In this document: in pieces, positions 25,801 through 40,700 of the stretch
How the letters are laid out: each line of letters opens with the position of its first letter
Position numbering within the stretch: the first letter of the stretch is position 1
Source of the DNA: Trichoplax adhaerens
Lineage: Eukaryota > Animalia > Placozoa
Direction: 5' to 3'
Assembly: GCF_000150275.1 (NCBI RefSeq)
Contig: NW_002060943.1
Location: 2,138,987 to 2,202,986 of the forward strand
Length of the DNA: 64,000 bases
Notes under the pieces: model-generated
Databases searched by the model: none
Told to the model about the DNA's origin: nothing
What the model saw: the letters and a program-made list of their open reading frames with translations, nothing else
Translations under genes and position numbers: made by a program

Positions 25801-28800
25801 AACTTGTTATTACTTTATTTTCATGAATGATCTCTATCGAGTAAACCACACAATCAGCAATCGACAAAAAATGGATAATGTCGACTAACATTTAATTATA
25901 TTATTCTCGCACAATTTTTGGAATTCATTCTATTTTGATTGGCATCTTTATATCTAACTGACTGGCCATTACAATACTAGTAAAACGATTATGACAACTT
26001 TAATTTTTCAACCGATTCCAATGGGAATACTGACTTACAAGTAATTTATCAACAGTGTAATATTAATATCTGTATACATTATTTTCTCTCATTGTATGTC
26101 ATAGAACACCATCTTTGATGGTGTCTTGGACTGCAAGTCAGATAAACTCCATAACCAGTCGAATCCAGGCAAATTTTTACAATAATAAATATATTACAAA
26201 AATCATCATGAGAGCACTTTCAATAATTGATCATAAGATAATGTATTTATAAAATACTGTATATCTCTAAGAATGAACAATATGACAGGGTAAAACTACG
26301 ATATATTTCTCTGTTAATTACTGTGATATAAGTAATGATATACGGAATTAATCCCACTAATGATATTGATCGTTATAACCGTAACCAAATATGATTGCTT
26401 ACTTGTTCAATGATTTATGTCCTGCCAATTAATATCAATTTAAAATATACGTCGGTATCGTATTAATGCAGAGAAGAAATAGTAGAAAACTAATGAAGGA
26501 CTCAGTAGTGATCAATTTCAATAAAAACACTACAGTATTATTCAAGTATCAGCTTGGATGTACTAAATCCAACTTTTTTCTGTCAATGAGCAATCCATTT
26601 TGCCAAGACTTCCTTATCATTTCTGCCATTAAACTTTAATGCTACCATTATTTTATCTACAGTACTTCACTAAAGGAATAACGTACTTTAACTGAAATTT
26701 GATGATCCGCAGTACTCAGTGAATAAATTAGTTGTGGCATAAATAAAAACTCTATTAACATACATCACGGTCAGAAAATTATCCTCTATTTCTATAGAAA
26801 TAAAGGATCCATCATTTAATGGCCGTCTTACCAGTGGACTGTACTTTATACTATAACAGTCGAAAATACTAATTCTTTAAAAAAGCATAACTATCGTAAA
26901 TGAGTGCCTCTAATGTTGTTTATTAACTACTAAGGTACCCTATACAGTATATATGCATTCCTTAATAATGTAATCAATGTTCAATCTTACCAATAAGTTA
27001 ACCCAAAGTGATTCAGACTGTTATTCATGACGAAATCTGTAATATTGAGATAACATCTTCTTACCACAGCTTACGCTATCGAAACCTATAGCATCCTCAA
27101 ACTCAAGTTACCCTTACCGATGCCTAGCTATGATGTTTTTAAAGATATTGATTTCATCAATCGATTACCGCAAGTAATATCGTAGTACTTCATGATATTA
27201 ATATCATACTTCTAAGCGGTATTTAAATGCAATTAAACCTCGTATACATCCTATCCCTTCCATTTTCATTCAAATAATAATCACCAGAGATCAAGAATTT
27301 TTTGCTTCATTTTAGCCTGCGTCTAGTCGTATATAGTCTAATGTAGAATCGGCATTATTGACATACGAATCGCTATTTAGATCTATATCCTCTATATACA
27401 GAAATTTATTTTCTGTGCTAGATCTCATGGTAAAGAACTCTTTGAGGAGGATTTTTATTTTTTTCCAGGAGATAATGGATTGCATCCATTATAGATTATA
27501 AAACGAAACGTACTCTGCTTTCATAGTTATACTATTATGCATTTTTTATGAAATAAGTAAACACGTTACGGAGAAGAGTGAATGATGATTGATCCCCATT
27601 TCAATGGCGTATGAACCACTAGGGAAACCTTTATTAACAGACTTCTTCTAGCGATCCATGATTCAATGTACTTGATTTATACATGGTATAAAATAAGCCA
27701 TACACTATGCCATGCCGGTAATGAACACTCATGGGCAATCCTTCACCGTTAAAATAGCCACAATAAGAATTAGCCTAGAAATGAACTTTCTATGGATGCG
27801 ACAAAAAAATTACACAGAGGCCAGGAGTAAAGGAATCCGGTATTATTATCATACAACGTATCGACTTTAATTCATAAATATATTGTTAATTATGGTAAGA
27901 TATTTCCCACGATGCATACTGTTATTCAAATCGGCAATAGAATTTTTTTTTACAGCGTGAGTATACAGTAAATACGGCAGTACTGCTACTCTAAAACATT
28001 GAAAATTGTAATAAAATAGCCTTAATTTTAGCCCGAATTCGAATGATTATCCAATTCCAGTTTTAATTTTCAACTAATGATTAAAAATCAGATCAATTAG
28101 CCTAACCTAAATTTAGAGCTGGAGTTTTCTCCTTGCTATGTTGATTATCATCTTTCCTATATGGACATCACTAACATTGCCTCTGTGCGCGTAGTATTGT
28201 TAAAGAACTTTTCTTTTTTTTGTCTTTTTTTCTAATTTTTTTACCGCTAACAGTAACTGTTGTTATCGTCATTTTACCCATAATTACAACTTCACAATAA
28301 GAAATAAAGTCATTTTCCTGCAAAATCATTAATCATTTTCTATGTATATTATCAAGTGATTGATTGAAAAGTATTTCTATAAGCAAAAAATGAAAGGAAT
28401 GAAAACAGAAGAAAAAAACGATTCATAATGAACTAGGGTGGCATCAGTAATTGAATTGATTTGAATACAATCACCATCGTGGGTATCATGATAGATGTAA
28501 AGGAACTGCAATCTCAGTATGACTAAGCCAATAGAAATAAAATTATATGGGTGAAATAACAAGAGAGAAGAAACTATAAAATAACCACGATATTGTTTTA
28601 TATTTTGAAAAAATAATATCGTATATTAAACTGCACAATTCGTTTTAAAATAGAAAGAGAGTAGGAGGGAATAGCCCAAATAAATTCAATTAGCCAAGCT
28701 AAAAATATCTTGTGAAAATAAAAGTTAATCAATCACCTACGCGTTTCAGTTATCTATATTAATATCGATAGGAAAATAACGTCGATTTCTGTCCATTCGT

Positions 28801-31800
28801 TAACCTTCTAAAGGATAGTTAGCCTAATTATTATTTACGGAAAACGTCATAGTAAAAGTTTATACAGTCAATTTCTAAGAATGCTGGTTATCTCTATCTA
28901 ATTCTTACGACTGAAAGAAAAATAGAATGGTCAATATTTGAATGAGCGGGAAAGTAAATTATTAACTAGATTTCACATGGTTTGATCCTAAAATTGATAT
29001 TAGACTGACTATCATTAATCTATTGACTCGTGATAAGTCAAATTTTTAAAAATTTCAAGACAAAATGCCTTCTATTTGGGAAAATAATAAATTTGGTAGC
29101 CGAACATTGATGATTTTATTCCAACTATTTTAGTTGTATAACTAAGCTCAATCTTGAACAAAATGAGCATTGAACTACAATGAAATCAATAGACATTTAC
29201 TTTTTTCATCCTTGATCAAGTTATAACTTATTTTTGATACTTATAAACATTAAAAGGCCAAGCTAGTCTAAGAAGAAATTATAGTAGTTTTTCCTATCGT
29301 AAAATTGAAATTCGAGTATTTTGTCTATTTCTCCTAGTCTTACATAAAGGCAATCTTTAAATCGAATTCTTACCTAAAATTGATATAGGTCAGAATTAGA
29401 ATGGTTGAGAACGAAGTCAATCAATTCTGTTTAATGGCATTAGTTCATCGTAAGACCATTAAGTTGCCGGCTTATAATGATATAATCATTTTATGGGCTG
29501 GCAATTTTATGCTTTGAATTCGATTAATAATTATAGCTATTATCTTATTCTCAGGAATTCTCAGGATATAAAATTAATCGTAGCATTATGCTATTGCAAA
29601 TTAAATGACACTACGTAGATCTAATTCACAGGAGGCAACCATCATCATAGCAATCATGATGACAAAGGCCTTTCAGTAGGCATAATAGACATGATGTGTT
29701 TAAAGATTAAAATAGAATAAAATGCTAAAATTAAATATACTTTCTCATCCATTGAAAATATGATATAATAAATAATCATCAGTTTTAATTATCACCATTA
29801 AATATTTCTCCGATAAAATTACCCTGTAGCTAGATAAAAATTTAAAAAATAGAAATGAAATCATCGTTATTAGAACTACGTGACATCAATAGCCAGTAAT
29901 TATCCTTCATCATTCATTAAAACAGAAGGAAAAGTAGTTCATTCTGATCTTTGCTTAGACCAAGTTTGTGGAGTTTAACTGAACTAGTCCATATGAAGAG
30001 AAATGATATTATTTTTTTCACCCTTTTTGCTACGGAATAATTAAAAGTGCTAAAGAGTATCGTGGGAAAGGAAAAAACAAAATAATAATCCATTAGTATT
30101 GTCCTATCATATGATAAAACAAATTTGAACAACGTCCATCGATGTCAGTTCTATTTGATTGCAACGATAATAAATATTAAATTTTAACTTTGAAAGCTAT
30201 CCTAGCTGCAGTCTGATGTCAAGAACGAAGTAGAATAGCGACTCGCTTTCTTGATAGTACTACTGGCATGATGATAATCTATAAAATACGGCGTGATAAA
30301 TTATTTAAGCAGCTCAATTATTCAATTGAATTCCATCCATATATTTACATCAATTTTAATACAATCAGATTATAATTGATTAATAGATAGTGCAGATTAC
30401 CGTTATAAGTGTAGTCGATATTTTTAGTGATATTAACATACATTATTGATATTATTGTATATCTATTCATGAATAAACTTCTTTTTGTCTTTCTACTTGC
30501 AATTCTATTACTTTTGTCCATTAAAGTCTTGCTATCTTCCTTTCTTCAAAACTGAATAAGATATTATAACATTTATATCTCAATTAATAGCCATGTGGAA
30601 GGCGATAGTCTAAGCAAGTAACTATAGTCTAGATTGATTGATTGACTCATCTTTGACTCTTATTTATAATATATAATCCTTACTTTTTTCGCTTGATCTT
30701 GATATTTTTTTACTTTATTAGTGTAAATTGCATAACGTGATATATGTTATCGTTCTATTCTTTCTTTTTCTTGTCATGATAACTTTTGCAGAAATATTGC
30801 CATCAATCCCTAGCTGTCAAAGTGTGTGCGATGTCTTACACCTTGGCGTGACAGAAAATCGATTTAGAATAGGATAGGCTAGAACATAATAAAAATTTAG
30901 TGCTCGTAGAGTCTAATTATAGATTAATTTCACATACACACCATTGATTACATCGATTCGATATGTAGTACTGCCAGCTAGGATTCTTCTGCAAAACTGA
31001 CTTTAATTAAAGCAAATAAGACGGTGCTGTGTAGCCATTTAAATTATTATACTTTTCAATGTACTTTAGTACATTGTAATTCTATATCCACCCTATCGAG
31101 CAAAATTCGTTATCAGTGCAGGCAATACCGTGATATCAAGATTCCAGATGTATTTCTTTTCTTATTGTACTACCAAATAGATCAGAAGATAGTCGTTTTA
31201 GAATGCCATCTCCCATTATAAATTCAATACTCCTACATTACAAACCTGTAATTAACTTTATTGTATACGGTATAATGCTATGTCTACTTCTGTTGAATAT
31301 CTTCTATAATGTTCAATAAGTAAAAAGGTAGCCATGAAGGTCACTAAGCATTGTAATTTAATATCCATATACTGCAAATTTTATTGATTTACTGTTATAA
31401 ATACGCTATCTGTCTTACCAGAGTCATGAGCAAATAAAAAGCAAGGCGTTTTACATAATTCCTATTTATGTTATCAAATGATCTTAAAAAATTAATCTAA
31501 GAAACAATTGTAAATATTACCTATTATAGAATAAAGAAACCTATAAAGACCCCTTTGCAAGTGAGTATTGATTGATAATGATTATGAACTTATCAACATC
31601 ATAAACAATTTATGAGGATGAACAAACGGTAGCATGGCAAAACAAGCAGTGCTGTATACCAACCCACAATATCTATTAATCCAATATGACTACGTGCAAC
31701 TACGGAGATGACTACAACAATCTATTATTACAACCATTCGAGTACCCCAAATTCACCGTCGTTTCGTAAATTTCATAATAATATACGCACATTTACTGTA

Positions 31801-34800
31801 TATATTTGATAATATATGTATAATATACATCAACGTAATAACGGCATGATAAATTACTACTGCGATAACTCACTCTAATTTCCTTAATTTAATGAAAATA
31901 TGTCCTTACGTAGCTATGAAAGTAACAGCACTATCCTATAAATAATTTTCGTATTCGAATTTCGAAGGAATATATTAGGAATTGAATTATGCCACTGTAA
32001 ACATATGATGATAAAATAAAACACGCTAACAACTTAGCATGCTTCTATTGATTCAATGCAAAGGTAGATTAAAATAATGATAGCATCATTTTATGCTATC
32101 GGGCTTATTACTTTAAAGCTATCTATTCTAATTATATGTAGAATGATATGATCATAAATTTATAATTATAAAGTGATAGTATCATCTCATGAATAATACT
32201 ATTGTTTTATTTATATCAATCTGCTTTGCGATTCAGTAAAATAGAGAAAATTGAAATATTTTTGGCCATCTTTTTATTAATCTATCTTGATATTTATAAG
32301 ATTTCGTACTGTATAAGGTCGTTTTCAAGTATATGTTATTGAGTTTCTTTTATAATATAAGTCTTTCAATTTGATTATACCAGTATTTAAATAACGAATA
32401 TTGTTATTATCGGCTTCCCATCAATCTTTATTACCGGTAGTTCATAAAGCCTAACCTGATCCCAAACGTTGCACGTTATTTAATTATTCTTTACACAGAT
32501 GATAGATTACTGTTCAACAGTACAATCATACTACTTTTCCTAGCTGTAAAATAACCTATTCTTTTACTATATTAAAAGAATAAAATTCAACGAATTAATA
32601 CTAATTGTATAACATAATGCAATTGACATATATAGCGTACAGCTCCCTTTATATATTAGCTTGCATGAGTATTTTTAGGTTGCTACACATCAATTCGCAT
32701 GTGCTGTATGTGCAAGTCTTTACATATTTTTCGGTGAAAATAATAAGCCCAAATCAAGATGTTGTAGCCATTTAATAATTGGCTAGTTTATTCCAGGAAG
32801 ATGATATTGTCTTGAAAATGATATGAATTTTCAGTACAATTAATTGCTACGGCGTCGGTAATAATTTCCTGCCTACGCATAGACCTTTACTCTTTTGTTC
32901 TCATTTTAAAAAATAAAAAATATTGACACGTAGCACAAGATCAACTGAGTGCGTTCCAAATCTATAAATACTAACATAAAAAATGGCTAACAGCGTAAAA
33001 TAGTTAAAAAGCATTTATGTATCATTCATCGCAGATATCATTGTAATATAAAGACGGATTCAATAGTTTCTTTCGTTGCGTAATAAAGAGAGTATTATCA
33101 TATTGATCAATTCACATTTTCTGTACCTCTTGTACACGTAAATTGTTGAAAAATTTTAGCAATCAACTCTATTCTGTTAGCCAATGCTAGCACCTTGCAT
33201 AAAATTAGTTTTTAAGTAAAAGTATTCAATGTTCTATTTTGCGTAGGTATTCTATTTGATATAAAACGATACGTCTCTTACTTACCTAAAATAAAGAAAT
33301 GAAAATCATAATCAGGTATAGAAATTCGAAAATCTTTTAAACAGTACAGTCTTAACGATAATACAAGCAAACATGCCTATTTAATGTAGAGAAAAAATAA
33401 ATTTTCATTCATGCAATATTAAACTATAAAAACAATTCCAAGCCTTATTAAAAACGTCATAGTGACGCCATTTAGGCATTTTATTATTTTGAAATCAACG
33501 CAGGATTGTCAAGTTGTTCCTGCAAGCTTGAGTGAATAATTGAATGCCTTCTCATTATGGACTTGGTGATTAAATTAGCAAATTTAGTATTCTTTGATGG
33601 ATTCTAATTGATGGATATTAATATCAGTCTTAAATAGCATCATTAGTCCAACGTATACGATATTGATGACGACATTATTATTAATATAAATAACAGATTA
33701 TTCATTTTTTAAATATCTTATACAGTCAATTATTATTCTAGAAAAGGGAAATTAATGTTTGAATCTGATAGAACATCTATATTCTTTGAAAATCTAAAGT
33801 TATAAATAAATATAATATATAACATCATTTCCTATACTGTACATATCTATGAGTAAGCTAACTATTCCTTTATAGATATCCATCCAATGCTAGAGTTTTT
33901 TGATGCAATATGTTATATCAATAGCTTTAATAATTAGAAGTAAAATGTTACGTCGAATGAGCACTAGAAACTTAAATAAACCTATCAGACTATTATTTTT
34001 GTTTGATATAAGCTATGAATTTGTTGATTTTGACCTCGATGAGTATAGCTAGAAGTTGCTGATCCCGAGTCTGGTAGGGTAATTTTTTTCGAATCAGTAA
34101 TGAGCTTGTAAATGACTAGATATTATCATTTAATAGACACTGATATATCAATCAAATATTATTTGACCAGAATAGCACTATACTGTACATTGAAAAGTAT
34201 CGAGCTATTATAATTGAGAAACGAATTATAAATACTGAGATTTGATAATCTATTTTAATGTAGGGATAAAAAATAAATGCAGATTGGCGCTCCTATAACA
34301 TAATCATGTGATACAGGATAGCATAAACAGTTGCAGTACTTTCTCTTAATTTTGTATGAGAGAAAAACGCGACAAAATGGCAAAGATATGAATTACTAAT
34401 TTTAATGTAGCACTACTGATGGGGAAACTAATAGTCATTAAATATACGAGGTGACGAAAAATTACAGCTATTGAATCTACTGTATATCGATCGTCAATGA
34501 TATGAACATCAGACTGGAAATTAGTAAATAGTAATGATCTGTAAGGCAATTAAACACTTGAGATCAAGTCAATCTTTTTGCAGTTAGTCAATAAATTTCT
34601 TTAAGTCGAACATCAATATTATTTCCGACAGTAAAAACATAAAATCTAAATTTAGTAAGAGAAGACAGAGTACAATACAGACAGAAAGATTCTTATTTTC
34701 TCATAGTTCAATGTTATTACAATTCTTTTACTACTTTTAACTACGGTACAGTCTATTTAAGAGAATAAGCGTTTTAAAGCGTCTGTTTCTTTCTAATTCA

Positions 34801-37527
34801 ATTATTTGAAGATTTATATTTACAGGTATTGTATCCATAAATTTTTCAGTACTCTGTAGGCTTTGTTTAAAGTAATAGAAATTGCACGTCATTAGAATAT
34901 TAGATCAATTAATGCAGTCAGGTTTTATTATCATAATAATGATTTAAATTTAATTTTATCATAATAATATAACTGAATTTGATTATGAATCTATCTTAAG
35001 ACCACTTAAAAGCAATTTCATATCAATTGTAACTTGAAGTTTTATGGCAGAAATGATTAATTATCGATAAAGGAAATTCATGATATGTGTATGATTGCCT
35101 GTGATTCCAAAGTAATTCTGCAGAAGAGCCTTAAACAGCCTGCATTGCTAATACTCTAGTAATATAATGTTTATCTTACATTATTACACTATTCTTTTAT
35201 CATCTTGAAATAAGAAATCATATACCGATATATATTCGGCCTTGAAAGGATACATATCATTAAAATAATTAATATTATGTTTATATAAACATCTCAAAGC
35301 TGATCAACAATCTCTGATAACGTTTTGGACGAAGTTAGAATAAAATATCCTAAACAATTTTTCTTTAATCGTGTACAGCTATCCATACGCTTACTATAGC
35401 TTGACTAAATACGACGACTTTCTTTTATAATTTATTCATTATTTATTTTACTGATGCTGTCGTATGGAGAAATAAACTCTAGAAAACAAAATGATGGTAT
35501 GACTTTGGTAACATTGATTTTGATTTACTGAGTAGAATTGACGTCAACGTCAACATTATATTCTTGTTTGTCATTTCCTGTTATCGCCTTATAGATTGAT
35601 GAGTGCTCAGGTTTCTATTCCATTTACTTAATTGTTACAGATGAATGGTATAGCAAAGATATTCAGCATCGTCGATAATACAGCTAGCGCTTCTAGAAGA
35701 CTAAAAATAGAAGATTCTATTTTTATAATAGACGAACAAGGAGCCAGTCTTTAGGAGGAGAGGACTTTTAGGAAATATTTATCATATTTCAGATTGATTG
35801 ATGGACTATTGTCGGTAGGGATAAATAGGTTTTATTTATAATTATGAATGACTAGATCGTTTTATTCTTTCGTTTTGAACCACGTTAACGTTTATATCTT
35901 AATTGAGTTGGTGATAATCAAAACTATTACTAAAATGAATTAATAGTTTTCTTTGAAGCAGAAAGTTGGGTAGAAATGAATAATAATAGCAGCATTATAA
36001 ATAACCAAGGACAAAGAAACGTGATGGATAAGTGGATTGATTAAAGTAAAGACCTTTTAAGACTTATCGATTTTAAACTGGATGAAAACTTGTTGTTATC
36101 TAACAATAATCAACCAATTAGTGCTGCAATCATGATCTAGATTTATTTTTTAAATCTATTGTTGTATTCTCAAACAGTTCATTTCTTACCGCACTTAATT
36201 GTTTACTATGCCATTCCATTTTAACTAAAGTAGATATCAATTAACATTATAGATATTACCGATATCGTAATAAGGTTCCGTGTATTACTCTATTCATCAA
36301 ATTAAAAATAGCATCACAACGACTTCACTACTATTTCGATCATCAACACAACCAACACTACAAATAATATTCACGACGTAATTTTAGGCGCCAAGTAATA
36401 ACTATTAAATTCCTAGCTTTATCATGTTGTACTCTATCTAGTGATAAAAACGACTGATAATCTAAATAATATATCCTGTTAAAGCTCTGAATAAAGGTAA
36501 AATCTCAACAATATCATTTTATTCTAAGTGCAGCTATAAATAACATCCATATTATAAATGATATATTCTCAAAGGGGGTGAAGGAAGAGCAAAATTTTCA
36601 GATTTGCCCTGCAGGACAAAAAGGTGCTATTTCCAGCTAGGAATATGAGAGTTTTTTGAGATTAAAGTAAAAGACAATAAATAAAAGTTCAGTCTTAAAA
36701 CATTATATTTACTGTGTGTCATCTTCAAATTTTAAGAATAACATACTCAGCCGATATCAAACGGTGTATCAAGCATTATTGTAAATATAAAACGATAAGA
36801 AAGCTTCAGCTGTATCATTCAGTTTGATTTTTAATTTAACATGATTAAGTTTGTAATGATAAATTTTTATAAGGCACCAAATATTATTAAAATCTCAGTT
36901 TAGTCCTACAATATGGCACTATGTGCAAGTTCAATTAAGGATAGCATCCATTTTACAAATAATAATTTCTTACAAGATATCGGTAAAGTAAAATCTCGGC
37001 TGTTATTCAATTATATTTCAGCTTTGATTTAATTAGTGATTTTAGAGTAATGAAAATAAGATTGTACCGGCACATAAAAAAACAAAGAATAGAGTGTTTA
37101 TTATTTATTTATATTTTTGAATCATAAATATCTTAAAATTGAACAGACTATTCGTGATTGATGTTTGCAATTAAATTAACGATATTTGGCTCCGTTTACT
37201 ATACTGTTCTATATGTTATCAATAACACGTTATTAATGTACAATATAGTGCTATGGAAGGATCTAGACGTGTTGCTAGCCGTTTGTTAGACCATGATTTT
37301 ATGGCAATGAATTAGATCGATTTACTACAAAAAAGAAACGATATCTTCCTAACCAAAATTTTCATAATTGTTAGCTTCTCCGATCTTATCCAATTTTACT
37401 TGAGATAGAATTCGTAAAGTATAGATAACCTGAAATACTAGTAGTTTCAATGATCTATTAATATAAAAAATTGCCTTTTAGAAAAATATTGTATTATGTA
37501 GCTTTGATAAAAGATAGTGACGCCTTG

Positions 37528-37726
37528 CCTTAAAATAGAATAATCATGGACGGAAATGAATAAGGATTACTACAATACTTGGATTTTAACTGTAAATATA
37601 TTAGAATTGATTAATTCCTTTTATGACCTTAAAATAGAATAATCATGGATGGAAATAAATAAGGATTACTACAATACTTGGATTTTAACTGTAAATATAT
37701 TAGAATTGATTAACTCCTTTTATGAC
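37528..37726. repeat. Near-perfect 99-bp direct tandem duplication
   Basis: ccttaaaatagaataatcatgga...ccttttatgac starts at 37528 and 37627, with about 3 mismatches. Confidence 0.92.
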
Positions 37727-40700
37727 TAGACAAATCTTTACGAAACGATCGTATGTTCAATTGATGCATAAAAAATAATAGAGTAAGATGTTTAATGTAA
37801 ATTAATATTAATTAATGTTAAGATTACGTAAACATGTTGTAAGTATAGAGTAGCGGTACTATAATATTCATGAGTTTAGTATGCCGTCAGCAATTCCTTT
37901 ATTACCTAACAACTGTGAAAAGGAAATTACATAAGTCTATCATGACTTTGAAAATACATATACGAATACGTATATTGAAGTAGATATGGTTACATATTAA
38001 ATTCTGCTAACCGTATGTTGCCGTAAAGAGCATATGATCAAATTCATACTGAGTGAAATTAATGCCTACAAGGGTCAACCTTCTCGTCTCTATACTCGAT
38101 CATTAAATTAAGAATTTGGTATAGAGACTAGGCAAAAGACTAAATTATGTTATCATATCACTTCTAAAAGGATGCCTTCTAATGATGGGCAACAATTAAT
38201 TTTTCTTAATATCAACAAAATCAATATGTATAGTAAACATGCTAGGCTGCATATACTAGTTGTTATCGACTTATGGATACAGTACTATCGGGATTTCTAT
38301 TTTAATATGTGTTTATGTTTTCATCGACATATTTTAGTGAAGTTTAGCCAATAATTATAATTAGCACTCATCATGTATAACCTTGGTACAATCTCAATAT
38401 CAATCGAAGCAGTAATCTTTGTCCATATCCATCTACGTAAGAGATTTTGTTTTACGGATACTAACTTGTACTATAATTTATTAATGATAACTATTTTGGG
38501 ATTAGAGTTTTATATCATACCATGCATATATCTAGAGAGATTTACCAAAATACAAATAGAAATTGCTAATGTATTCTGTTTAAGATCTACGATAAATAGA
38601 AATCCGATTGTAATCTATAAATAGGATATTTTTTAATAAAGACAAGCCACAGCACTAGTGAAAGATTTTATTATATAAGCCAACCGATTGTACGATGTAT
38701 TTAGTTTTCATAACAGTAGATGAAGGCAATAGCCTTTAAAAGGTCATCAGGCTGAGCTTATTAAGTCAATAGTTGCAACATAAAAACAAAGTATACTTTT
38801 CATATGGGATAACAATATGAAGTTTTATGTAGTTCCCTACAAGAAATATTTACTTATTGAGCGTCCTCTATTACGTTATTCTGCTTGCTAACATAGGATC
38901 CAGAATAATTATAATATGCGAAAGGCTATGCGTGCCTCAGCAATTACTAATCTTAAAAGATATAGTAAGAAAATAACAAGGGAATATATCAGGGTTCGCG
39001 CATTATGCAAAAACAAAACTAGATTAATGGATATTTTAAACCTTTCTTTTACAGACAATCTTGCCACTTGACCGTGAGCATAGCCAGAATCAATTTTGAC
39101 TTGAGATATCGCGTGCCATCTTATTTATCCATTCTTGAGCAGTTAAATGTTTAAGATATATCGATATTAGGATATCTCTGTGATATTTCTATACAATTGT
39201 ATGCGTATAAATAATTATAACATAAGCACACTTGCCGATAAGAAACATTTACTTATTGATGATTTTTCTCTACTACGTCATCTTTAACTGCTATCATTGA
39301 CGCCACAATATCCTGTTATGTAAGTTTATGTGATAGTAATTACTGTATTTTTACAAAATAATGTGATTAGAGGTGGCTGGTAGGGTTATGCAGTTCATAG
39401 ATCGTACAAATATAATTTTCGATTACTCATGAATTTAAATTCTTTCCACAGATGATCACCCTATTTATTTGCGGACTCAATGTCAATAAACTTGGGCTAA
39501 AAATATTTATAATAAAATTTTATTTCGAATTGTCATTTTGCTAATTATCTATTACTACCTGGGCATCAACACGTAACTGAAGACGTAAACCATTAATTAG
39601 CCGGATAATACTTATTATTACCCCTACTAGGTTATAGTCTATCCTCCTGATAAACTTTATGGTTCACAGATCGGGTATGCAGATGAACGCGGCTATCGAA
39701 TTGCGTAAAATAAAATTATAACGTCAATTAATGCAAAACCCCTCGGCAAATACATTCTGCAATGTTTACGCCATGTGCCCTTATAAAGTAACGAACCCAC
39801 ATCGTACGTTTTATTTCACATATTTATATTAACTACAGCAGTCATTAGATTTTAAATTTCAGGAATTCACTTAAATTTTTGTAAATAAAATGTTATTAAA
39901 CTTTGATGTGCATTCTGTGCACTGTTTCCAATTTACTATCGGTCAACAATATTTAGTTATTATCATTTTATGTGTCAAATCGATTACCATATATTGTGAT
40001 TTACTTAACTTTCACATATAAGTACACACTATACTATCTATAATCATACCGTATGACCTTGCAAATAACCTGTGTTCTATATTTTAATTTATGTCTTTCT
40101 ATATTAAAGTCATCATAAAATTTGATTTCTAGTTATTTGTTTACGATTTATTACCTAAGTAATAGCAGCTGGCTGCCATTACTCGAGTCGGAAGCTGCAC
40201 AAGCCAAATTATGCTTGGGAAAACGGTATTTGTTTATATTATTAAAATGTGCTCTAATAATTATTTTACTGTTTCTATTCATTTATTTTTTAACCAGTTG
40301 ACAATTTTCTACTTGTTTAGTTATAGACAAATTTTTAGTAAAAATAATTATTTATTCGTTAAAGAACGCCTGTCTATTTCAGTAGAGATAGTAATTCATT
40401 TATGACATTCTTTACTGTTGTTAGTATATCCTATTGAGTTATTCATTCTAATATTTGGAACTCTCTCTATGTTTTTCACAATAATAGTAAATAAATCAAA
40501 AGACAAAAATTGTGAAGGAATATAAGAAGAAAGAATAATACTAGAAAAAATCATCAAATTTTACCCAATATTATGGCTTGTTAATTAATAAAAAAAACAC
40601 GGTTTGTTCTTATTCTAGCCATAAATCATTGTTTACTTTTAACAGCTACAATCAATGTAAGCTGAACCATTTTTTAAATTTTTACTTTTATTAGAAAGAC

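Noticed and set aside
26106-26124. Perfect small hairpin ACACCATC-TTT-GATGGTGT
   Set aside because: An 8-bp inverted repeat is expected by chance in 64 kb.
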